Source of the DNA: Auanema rhodensis
Taxonomy: Eukaryota > Animalia > Nematoda
DNA: 64,000 bases
NCBI GenBank assembly: GCA_964057225.1
Contig: OZ059899.1
Coordinates: forward strand, 17,422,001-17,486,000
Reading direction: 5' to 3'
The notes under the pieces are model-generated. The model had not been told where the DNA came from, made no database searches, and was given only the letters and a program-made list of their open reading frames with translations. How positions within the stretch are numbered: the stretch's first letter is position 1; each line of letters begins with the position of its first letter. The position numbers and the translations under genes were made by a program. Positions 54,266 through 64,000 of the stretch are shown piece after piece.

Positions 54266-57128
54266 TCATACTTCTTTCCCTGCCCCCCTCTCGGTCTATT
54301 TCTCTAATGCTCGTTCTGTTTTGAACAAATTCCCCCATTTCAATTTTGTTTCCACTGCTTATAACCCTGACATTATTTGTTTCAATGAAAGTTGGCTAAA
54401 TAGTGATATCTGTAGCTCAACTTTACCACTTTCTGATTTATATTATGTTATCCGTAGTGATAGGAGTGTTGATACTAGAGGAGGTGGTGTTTTGGTTTTG
54501 ATCAAAAAACACCTCTCTTTAATCAATGTTACCTCACATTCTTTTAGCAATTATTGTCAAGTTGTATGTTTCACATTAGCTTCCCCCCCTTTTCTTACTT
54601 TTTGTATATGTTACCGTGCCCCATCTTGCTCAACCGCATCTTTCAACCTTTTCCTTGATTATCTCAATTCTTGTGAAATGTTCAAAGAAAAATTTATTCT
54701 CATTGGCGATTTTAATTTTTCTCGTATCAACTGGGAAAATTACTCTCTGACTAAAAACTCCCCCCAAGCCAAATCATTCTTAGAATTTATTGTATCCAAA
54801 GGATGCTCCCAACTTGTGTCCTTTCCCACTCGTAGTACATTTACTCTGGATTGTGTTGTAACTAATGTATCTGAAACTGTTTCCGATATTGATTGTTTAC
54901 CACCCTTTGGCACTTCCGATCATCAATCTCTTTTTTTCCATGTCGATTGTAATAATTTATTATCACCCCAACGTTTTAACGGTAATCTCAACCTTAGAAC
55001 CATCTCCCAGTCCAGCCTCAGTTCTCCTAAACTCTCTATCTGTCATCCTAAACGTTTGCTTTCAAGAAATTTCAATGCGGCAGATTATAATAAAATTAAC
55101 TATATAATCAGCTCTATTGACTTTGTACACTCTTTTTCACATCTCGATGTTTGTACGGCGTATGAATCATTCACTGAAATACTCAGAGATGTCATCCGCT
55201 GTAATGTCCCTAATTTCAAAGTTACTAAAACCAAGCAGTCCATTGCACGTTCCATATCTTTACTTAACAACAGACTTGCTAGGCTGTCTAAATGTTTTGG
55301 TGTCACGTCTTCTGTTAGATACCGTGCGCTTGTACGTAGATTAAACGGCTTGATCAAACGCCAACGTGCTTTTGAAGAACATAAAATTTCTCTTCAAGGT
55401 AATCAAAAATTGTTTTACAAATTTTGTCGCGGTCGTTTGGGTGGTTCAGTGGAAGCACCTTTTCTCAAACATAACAACAACACAATATCAGATTCTGTTG
55501 ATAAAGCTAACTTACTATCAGAAATGTTTTCTGAACCTTTTTCCACGCCATACAATAGTCAATGTTCTCCATGTCCTACAAACAAGTCTGCTGTTACCAG
55601 TCCACAAAAGCATGTCTACATCGAGGAACTTACAGTCTATAAGTTTCTCAGAAACCTTCCTAATCGTGTATGTACGTCACCTGATGGAATCCCCTATTTA
55701 TTTCTTAATAGGTGTGCTCCTTCTCTTGTTCGTCCTATTACATACTTTTTTAATGCGTTTGTGTCGTTTGGTGTTTGTCCTAACGGGTGGAAAACAGCAT
55801 GGGTTAAACCCGTCTATAAATCTGGTAACGTCAGTGATCCTAAAAATTACAGGCCTATCTCTTTAACTGCTTCTATCTCTAAAGTTTTTGAACGCATCAT
55901 AAGAAAAGAATTAATAGATTATTTACTTCGTAAAAATCTAATTTGTTCTTCTCAGCATGGTTTTCTTCCTGGTTGTAGCACGTCTACCGCACTTCTGAGT
56001 GCTCACTCTCAATGGAGATGCCTTAAGGAACGCCGCAACGCAATTTATACTGCTTTTATTGATTTCTCAAAAGCATTTGATAAAATAAATCATGATATTT
56101 TGCTACATAAATTACACTCTTTTGGTTTACACAGCTCGCTCATTAAATTTTTCAAACAATTTCTTGCTGGTAGATCATTCTCTGTTGTACAGGGCGATGT
56201 TTTATCTAAACCCCGGGAAATACATTGCGGTGTTCCTCAAGGGACTGTTTTGGGCCCTCTTTTCTTTCTTTTGTATGTTAATGATTTACTGGAAAAATTT
56301 ACAGGCGACACTCAAGCTATTGCTTATGCTGACGATATTAAACTATTCTCGGCAAATGCTCCTAGCCTGCAGTGTTCACTTGATTTTCTTTCAGCTTGGT
56401 GTAAAAGCAATGATATGCTCATAAATGTTAAAAAGTCTAAAATCATGGTTATAGGGAAAGTTGAAGGCGCTGTGAGCTTTCAAATCAATGACTGTTTACT
56501 TGAATCCGTCAATAACTTTAAAGATTTGGGAGTTATTATAGACAAAAACCTTTCTTTTGGTCCCCATTTTCAATCAATTACCTCTACCGCTACCAAACGT
56601 TGTAAGCTCATTCTGAGATGCTTCAACAGTTCTTGCCCCAAACTACTCTTCCGTTTGTTTTGTTGCTATGTTAGACCTATATTGGAGTATGCCTCTGAGG
56701 TTTGGTCTCCATACCTCAAAAAAGACATTCAATTTATAGAGAGTGTTCAAAAAAGGTTTGTCAACGCTATTTTTAAGCGTGCCAATCTTGAGATTCATGG
56801 CTACATGAATAAGCTCGAGTTCCTCAAGGCAGATGAGCTGATAAACAGACGTGTTATCGCTGATTTTTGCCAATATTTCAAAATAGCAAAGGGTAACTCA
56901 ATCCTTAGTAAAACCTTGTTCAGACTAAAAGAGCATCAATATTCATTTCGTCAGCATGATTATCTTTTGGTAGCACCACAGTACTTCTCAAAAGCTGCAT
57001 TGTCAAGTTTTGAATATCGCTGGATCCAAGATTGGAATGAACTTCATCCCATGTTTGTTAATATTGAGAAAACGTATAATTTTCGTAGCTACCTGAAAAA
57101 CTGTAAATTTCGCAATTGTAAAATTTAA
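54258..57128 (+). CDS. LINE ORF2: AP-like endonuclease plus reverse transcriptase; no initiating ATG, start given at the putative frameshift site
   Basis: APE motifs NARS, NESW, GDFN, SDH. RT motifs YRPISL, QHGF, DFSKAFD, GVPQG, YADD. C-terminal VRPILEYAS.VWSP...IESVQKRF is typical of the CR1/L2 group. Frame open from 54207. Confidence 0.93.
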   Translation, partial: FVNHTSFPAPLSVYFSNARSVLNKFPHFNFVSTAYNPDIICFNESWLNSDICSSTLPLSDLYYVIRSDRSVDTRGGGVLVLIKKHLSLINVTSHSFSNYCQVVCFTLASPPFLTFCICYRAPSCSTASFNLFLDYLNSCEMFKEKFILIGDFNFSRINWENYSLTKNSPQAKSFLEFIVSKGCSQLVSFPTRSTFTLDCVVTNVSETVSDIDCLPPFGTSDHQSLFFHVDCNNLLSPQRFNGNLNLRTISQSSLSSPKLSICHPKRLLSRNFNAADYNKINYIISSIDFVHSFSHLDVCTAYESFTEILRDVIRCNVPNFKVTKTKQSIARSISLLNNRLARLSKCFGVTSSVRYRALVRRLNGLIKRQRAFEEHKISLQGNQKLFYKFCRGRLGGSVEAPFLKHNNNTISDSVDKANLLSEMFSEPFSTPYNSQCSPCPTNKSAVTSPQKHVYIEELTVYKFLRNLPNRVCTSPDGIPYLFLNRCAPSLVRPITYFFNAFVSFGVCPNGWKTAWVKPVYKSGNVSDPKNYRPISLTASISKVFERIIRKELIDYLLRKNLICSSQHGFLPGCSTSTALLSAHSQWRCLKERRNAIYTAFIDFSKAFDKINHDILLHKLHSFGLHSSLIKFFKQFLAGRSFSVVQGDVLSKPREIHCGVPQGTVLGPLFFLLYVNDLLEKFTGDTQAIAYADDIKLFSANAPSLQCSLDFLSAWCKSNDMLINVKKSKIMVIGKVEGAVSFQINDCLLESVNNFKDLGVIIDKNLSFGPHFQSITSTATKRCKLILRCFNSSCPKLLFRLFCCYVRPILEYASEVWSPYLKKDIQFIESVQKRFVNAIFKRANLEIHGYMNKLEFLKADELINRRVIADFCQYFKIAKGNSILSKTLFRLKEHQYSFRQHDYLLVAPQYFSKAALSSFEYRWIQDWNELHPMFVNIEKTYNFRSYLKNCKFRNCKI

Positions 57129-57613
57129 TATGTATTGTTGCTATTGTTAACTACATATATATTTCACTATTTTTTTGTTTTTTTCGTTTCTGTGAGCTTA
57201 CTCTACCTGTTTTCTTGTCTCCTTTGTTTACCTGACTCAGTATTTCCCGCGCATCCGACCTATAGACATGAGTCATACGGTCAGAGCGTGGTTATCACTC
57301 ATTGACAGAACGGGCTTGACCTTTGTTTTCTTGGTATCACCGCACCTCGTCAACGGTAGAAGTGATAAGCTTCGAATTGTTTCTTATTTCAAAGCTGAGA
57401 TCAGTAAAAGTCTTCTCACAACAATCGTCAAGAACATGGTGTTTCAAGTTTCACAAATCGAACATTACGTTAGTGTTCTCATTTTTTCTTATCTTTTTCT
57501 CAACTACCGAAAGGTTAATCTTTTTTTCACACAACAACATACATTTTTCACTCATATATTGTAACCTGTGGTATTGTTGAACTGAAATAAATAAATAAAT
57601 AAATAAATAAATG

Positions 57614-60600
57614 TAATTTATGCTAATTAAATGTACACGTGATGTGCACTTGGTATGTAACTTGCTTCACGTGAAAGATAAAGAGATGCGGTTTTCAAAA
57701 TTAGATTCCCCATGTCCATATTAGTCTTAAAACAAATTTTTATTGATATTGGTGCATGGTAACCATGACTTTGAAATTTACGTGAACTTTAATTTATGCT
57801 AATTAAATGTACACGTGATGTGCACTTGGTATGTAACTTGCTTCACGTGAAAGATAAAGAGATGCGGTTTTCAAAATTAGATTCCCCATGTCCATATTAG
57901 CCTTAAAACAAATTTTTATTGATATTGGTGCATGGTAACCATGACTTTGAAATTTACGTGAACTTTAATTTATGCTAATTAAATGTACACGTGGTGTGCA
58001 CCCGGTATGTAACTCGCTTCACGTGAAAGATAAAGAGATGAGGTTTTCCCAATTAGATTCCCCATGTCCATATTAGTCTAAAAACAAATTTTTATCGATA
58101 TTGGTGCATGGTAACCATGACTTTGAAATTTACGTGAACTTTATTTTATGCTACATAAATGTACACGTGGTGTGCACTCGGTATGTATCTCGCTTCACGT
58201 GAAAGAAAAAGAGATGCGGTTTCCAAAATTAGATTCCCCATGTCCATATTAGTCTAAAAACAGTTTTTTACTGATATTGGTGCATGGTAACCATGATTTT
58301 GAAATTTACGTGAACTTTAATTTATGCTAATTAAATGTACACATGGTGTGCACTCGGTATGTAACTCGCTTCACGTGAAAGATAAAGAGATGCGGTTTTC
58401 AAAATTAGATTCCCCATGTCCATATTAGTCTAAAAACAAATTTTTATTGATATTGGTGCATGGTAACCATGACTTTGAATTTTACGTGAACTTTAATTTA
58501 TGCTAATTAAACGTACACGTGGTGTGCACTCGGTATGTAACTCGCTTCACGTGAAAGATAAAGAGATGCGGTTTTTAAAATTAGATTCCCCATGTCCATA
58601 TTAGTCTGAAAACAATTTTTTACTGATATTGGTGCATGGTAACCATGACTTTGAATTTTACGTGAACTTTAATTTATGCTAATTAAATGTACACGTGATG
58701 TGCACTCGGTATGTAACTCGCTTCACGTGAAAGATAAAGAGATGCGGTTTTCAAAAATAGATTCCCCATGTCCATATTAGTCTAAAAACAAATTTTTATT
58801 GATATTGGTGCATGGTAACCATGACTTTGAAATTTACGTGAACTTTAATTTATGCTAATTAAATGTACACGTGGTGTGCACTTGGTATGTAACTCGCTTC
58901 ACGTGAAAGATAAAGAGATGCGGTTTTTAAAATTAGATTCCCCATGTCCATATTAGTCTGAAAACAATTTTTTACTGATATTGGTGCATGGTAACCATGA
59001 CTTTGAAATTTACGTGAACTTTAATTTATGCTAATTAAATGTACAAGTGATGTGCACTTGGTATGTAACTCGCTTCACGTGAAAGATAAGGAGATGCGGT
59101 TTTCACAATTAGATTCCCCATGTCCATATTAGTCTAAAAACAAATTTTTATTGATATTGGTGCATGGTAACCATGACTTTGAAATCTACGTGAACTTTAA
59201 TTTATGCTAATTAAATGTACACGTGATGTGCACTTGGTATGTAACTCGCTTCACGTGAAAGATAAAGAGATGCGGTTTTCAAAATTAGATTCCCCATGTC
59301 CATATTAGTCTAAAAACAAATTTTTATTGATATTGGTGCATGGTAACCATGACTTTGAAATTTACGTGAACTTTAATTTATGCTAATTAAATGTACACGT
59401 GGTGTGCACTCCGTATGTAACTCGCTTCACGTGAAAGATAAAGAGATGCGGTTTTTAAAATTAGATTCCCCATGTCCATATTAGTCTGAAAACAATTTTT
59501 TACTGATATTGGTGCATGGTAACCATGACTTTGAAATTTACGTGAACTTTAATTTATGCTAATTAAATGTACAAGTGATGTGCACTTGGTATGTAACTCG
59601 CTTCACGTGAAAGATAAGGAGATGCGGTTTTCACAATTAGATTCCCCATGTCCATATTAGTCTAAAAACAAATTTTTATTGATATTGGTGCATGGTAACC
59701 ATGACTTTGAATTTTACGTGAACTTTAATTTATGCTAATTAAACGTACACGTGGTGTGCACTCGGTATGTAACTCGCTTCACGTGAAAGATAAAGAGATG
59801 CGGTTTTCAAAAATAGATTCCCCATGTCCATATTAGTCTAAAAACAAATTTTTATTGATATTGGTGCATGGTAACCATGACTTTGAATTTTACGTGAACT
59901 TTAATTTATGCTAATTAAATGTACACGTGATGTGCACTTGGTATGTAACTCGCTTCACGTGAAAGATAAAGAGATGCGGTTTTTAAAATTAGACTCCCCA
60001 TGTCCATATTAGTCTAAAAACAAATTTTTATTGATATTGGTGCATGGTAACCATGACTTTGAAATTTACGTGAACTTTAATTTATGCTAATTAAATGTAC
60101 ACGTGGTGTGCACTCGGTATGTAACTCGCTTCACGTGAAAGATAAAGAGATGCGGTTTTTAAAATTAGATTCCCCATGTCCATATTAGTCTGAAAACAAT
60201 TTTTTACTGATATTGGTGCATGGTAACCATGACTTTGAATTTTACGTGAACTTTAATTTATGCTAATTAAATGTACACGTGATGTGCACTTGGTATGTAA
60301 CTTGCTTCACGTGAAAGATAAAGAGATGCGGTTTTCAAAATTAGATTTCCCATGTCCATATTAGTCTTAAAACAAATTTTTATTGATATTGGTGCATGGT
60401 AACCATGACTTTGAAATTTACGTGAACTTTAATTTATGCTAATTAAATGTACACGTGGTGTGCACTCGGTATGTAACTCGCTTCACGTGAAAGATAAAGA
60501 GATGCGGTTTTTAAAATTAGACTCCCCATGTCCATATTAGTCTAAAAACAAATTTTTATTGATATTGGTGCATGGTAACCATGACTTTGAAATTTACGTG

Positions 60601-63600
60601 AACTTTAATTTATGCTAATTAAATGTACACGTGGTGTGCACTCGGTATGTAACTCGCTTCACGTGAAAGATAAAGAGATGCGGTTTTTAAAATTAGATTC
60701 CCCATGTCCATATTAGTCTGAAAACAATTTTTTACTGATATTGGTGCATGGTAACCATGACTTTGAATTTTACGTGAACTTTAATTTATGCTAATTAAAT
60801 GTACACGTGATGTGCACTTGGTATGTAACTTGCTTCACGTGAAAGATAAAGAGATGCGGTTTTCAAAATTAGATTTCCCATGTCCATATTAGTCTTAAAA
60901 CAAATTTTTATTGATATTGGTGCATGGTAACCATGACTTTGAAATTTACGTGAACTTTAATTTATGCTAATTAAATGTACACGTGGTGTGCACTCGGTAT
61001 GTAACTCGCTTCACGTGAAAGATAAAGAGATGCGGTTTTTAAAATTAGACTCCCCATGTCCATATTAGTCTAAAAACAAATTTTTATTGATATTGGTGCA
61101 TGGTAACCATGACTTTGAAATTTACGTGAACTTTAATTTATGCTAATTAAATGTACACGTGGTGTGCACTCGGTATGTAACTCGCTTCACGTGAAAGATA
61201 AAGAGATGCGGTTTTTAAAATTAGATTCCCCATGTCCATATTAGTCTAGAAACAAATTTTTATTGATATTGGTGCATGGTAACCATGACTTTGAAATTTA
61301 CGTGAACTTTAATTTATGCTAATTAAATGTACACGTGATGTGCACTTGGTATGTAACTTGCTTCACGTGAAAGATAAAGAGATGCGGTTTTCAAAATTAG
61401 ATTTCCCATGTCCATATTAGTCTTAAAACAAATTTTTATTGATATTGGTGCATGGTAACCATGACTTTGAAATTTACGTGAACTTCAATTTATGCTAATT
61501 AAATGTACACGCGGTGTGCACTTGGTATGTAACTCGCTTCACGTGAAAGATAAAGAGATGCGGTTTTAAAAATTAGATTCCCCATGTCCATATTAGTCTT
61601 AAAACAAATTTTTATTGATATTGGTGCATGGTAACCATGACTTTGAAATTTACGTGAACTTTAATTTATGCTAATTAAATGTACACGTGGTGTGCACTCG
61701 GTATGTAACTCGCTTCACGTGAAAGATAAAGAGATGCGGTTTTCAAAATTAGATTTCCCATGTCCATATTAGTCTTAAAACAAATTTTTATTGATATTGG
61801 TGCATGGTAACCATGACTTTGAAATTTACGTGGACTTTAATTTATGCTAATTAAATGTACACGTGGTGTGCACTCGGTATGTAACTCGCTTCACGTGAAA
61901 GATAAAGAGATGCGGTTTTTAAAATTAGACTCCCCATGTCCATATTAGTCTAAAAACAAATTTTTATTGATATTGGTGCATGGTAACCATGACTTTGAAA
62001 TTTACGTGAACTTTAATTTATGCTAATTAAATGTACACGTGGTGTGCACTCGGTATGTAACTCGCTTCACGTGAAAGATAAAGAGATGCGGTTTTTAAAA
62101 TTAGATTCCCCATGTCCATATTAGTCTGAAAACAATTTTTTACTGATATTGGTGCATGGTAACCATGACTTTGAATTTTACGTGAACTTTAATTTATGCT
62201 AATTAAATGTACACGTGATGTGCACTTGGTATGTAACTTGCTTCACGTGAAAGATAAAGAGATGCGGTTTTCAAAATTAGATTTCCCATGTCCATATTAG
62301 TCTTAAAACAAATTTTTATTGATATTGGTGCATGGTAACCATGACTTTGAAATTTACGTGAACTTTAATTTATGCTAATTAAATGTACACGTGGTGTGCA
62401 CTCGGTATGTAACTCGCTTCACGTGAAAAATAAAGAGATGCGGTTTTTAAAATTAGACTCCCCATGTCCATATTAGTCTAAAAACAAATTTTTATTGATA
62501 TTGGTGCATGGTAACCATGACTTTGAAATTTACGTGAACTTTAATTTATGCTAATTAAATGTACACGTGGTGTGCACTCGGTATGTAACTCGCTTCACGT
62601 GAAAGATAAAGAGATGCGGTTTTTAAAATTAGATTCCCCATGTCCATATTAGTCTAGAAACAAATTTTTATTGATATTGGTGCATGGTAACCATGACTTT
62701 GAAATTTACGTGAACTTTAATTTATGCTAATTAAATGTACACGTGATGTGCACTTGGTATGTAACTTGCTTCACGTGAAAGATAAAGAGATGCGGTTTTC
62801 AAAATTAGATTTCCCATGTCCATATTAGTCTTAAAACAAATTTTTATTGATATTGGTGCATGGTAACCATGACTTTGAAATTTACGTGAACTTCAATTTA
62901 TGCTAATTAAATGTACACGCGGTGTGCACTTGGTATGTAACTCGCTTCACGTGAAAGATAAAGAGATGCGGTTTTAAAAATTAGATTCCCCATGTCCATA
63001 TTAGTCTGAAAACAATTTTTTACTGATATTGGTGCATGGTAACCATGACTTTGAATTTTACGTGAACTTTAATTTATGCTAATTAAATGTACACGTGATG
63101 TGCACTTGGTATGTAACTTGCTTCACGTGAAAGATAAAGAGATGCGGTTTTCAAAATTAGATTTCCCATGTCCATATTAGTCTTAAAACAAATTTTTATT
63201 GATATTGGTGCATGGTAACCATGACTTTGAAATTTACGTGAACTTTAATTTATGCTAATTAAATGTACACGTGGTGTGCACTCGGTATGTAACTCGCTTC
63301 ACGTGAAAGATAAAGAGATGCGGTTTTCAAAAATAGATTCCCCATGTCCATATTAGTCTAAAAACAAATTTTTATTGATATTGGTGCATGGTAACCATGA
63401 CTTTGAATTTTACGTGAACTTTAATTTATGCTAATTAAATGTACACGTGGTGTGCACTCGGTATGTAACTCGCTTCACGTGAAAGATAAAGAGATGCGGT
63501 TTTTAAAATTAGATTCCCCATGTCCATATTAGTCTAGAAACAAATTTTTATTGATATTGGTGCATGGTAACCATGACTTTGAAATTTACGTGAACTTTAA

Positions 63601-64000
63601 TTTATGCTAATTAAATGTACACGTGATGTGCACTTGGTATGTAACTTGCTTCACGTGAAAGATAAAGAGATGCGGTTTTCAAAATTAGATTTCCCATGTC
63701 CATATTAGTCTTAAAACAAATTTTTATTGATATTGGTGCATGGTAACCATGACTTTGAAATTTACGTGAACTTCAATTTATGCTAATTAAATGTACACGC
63801 GGTGTGCACTTGGTATGTAACTCGCTTCACGTGAAAGATAAAGAGATGCGGTTTTAAAAATTAGATTCCCCATGTCCATATTAGTCTAAAAACAGTTTTT
63901 TACTGATATTGGTGCATGGTAACCATGATTTTGATATTTACGTGAACTTTAATTTATGCTAATTAAATGTACACGTGGTGTGCACTCGGTATGTAACTCG
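57614..64000. repeat. Satellite B: 176-bp monomers, about 36 further copies, running off the window
   Basis: 176-bp period (e.g. 57763, 57939); contains CATGGTAACCATG and TTCACGTGAA palindromes. Confidence 0.99.

Larger units (their letters stand above)
53031..57613 (+). mobile_element. Apparently full-length non-LTR retrotransposon (CR1/L2-group LINE), 4.58 kb
   Basis: 5'UTR, ORF1, ORF2 (APE-RT), 3'UTR and (AAAT)7 at 57585-57612. Flanked by direct repeat TAATTT (53025-53030 and 57614-57619), with satellite B continuing in register. Confidence 0.95.

Noticed and set aside
54321-54323. TTG as the ORF2 start
   Set aside because: It lies downstream of endonuclease motif I (NARS) and would delete a conserved catalytic-region residue.
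57268-57580. ORFs in the LINE 3'UTR
   Set aside because: Short, low-complexity and without motifs; better explained as UTR.
53031-57613. Hammerhead or HDV ribozyme in the LINE UTRs
   Set aside because: I could not identify a CUGAUGA/GAAA core with stems or an HDV nested pseudoknot by eye; not excluded without a covariance search.
10056-64000. CRISPR-like or cassette array
   Set aside because: Monomers are repeated along their whole length with no unique spacers; there are no cas genes and the context is eukaryotic.
10056-64000. 5S rRNA, tRNA, spliced-leader or telomeric repeat arrays
   Set aside because: No recognisable 5S/tRNA boxes, no GGTTTAATTACCCAAG leader and no TTAGGC/TTAGGG runs in either monomer.

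Overview
Repeat-rich eukaryotic DNA, probably from an invertebrate; 42-46-nt introns with TTTCAG/TTTAG acceptors suggest a nematode (inference). It has four blocks. (1) 1-10055: right-hand part of a Maverick/Polinton (adintovirus-like) element, with minor capsid, a C2H2 zinc-finger protein, an adenain-like protease, a pVI/core-like protein, major capsid, and a protein-primed DNA polymerase B that I reconstruct as 14 exons and 1369 aa. It ends in ...CTCTCTACT directly inside (2) a 42.6-kb array of about 121 near-identical 351-bp satellite monomers (10056-52633) showing higher-order duplications. (3) A 12-bp patchwork junction leads to a second, 176-bp palindrome/E-box-rich satellite (52646 to the window end). 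(4) That satellite is interrupted by an intact, apparently full-length CR1/L2-group LINE (53031-57613) with a 6-bp TSD and (AAAT)7 tail. Best leads: a UUU_CGU_UAA +1 frameshift motif that would fuse LINE ORF1 to an AUG-less ORF2; an adenovirus pVI/pVIc-like gene abutting the capsid gene; introns concentrated in the polymerase; and a cryptic equal-spacing motif shared by two satellites whose lengths are about 1:2. All analysis was done by eye; no searches were run.
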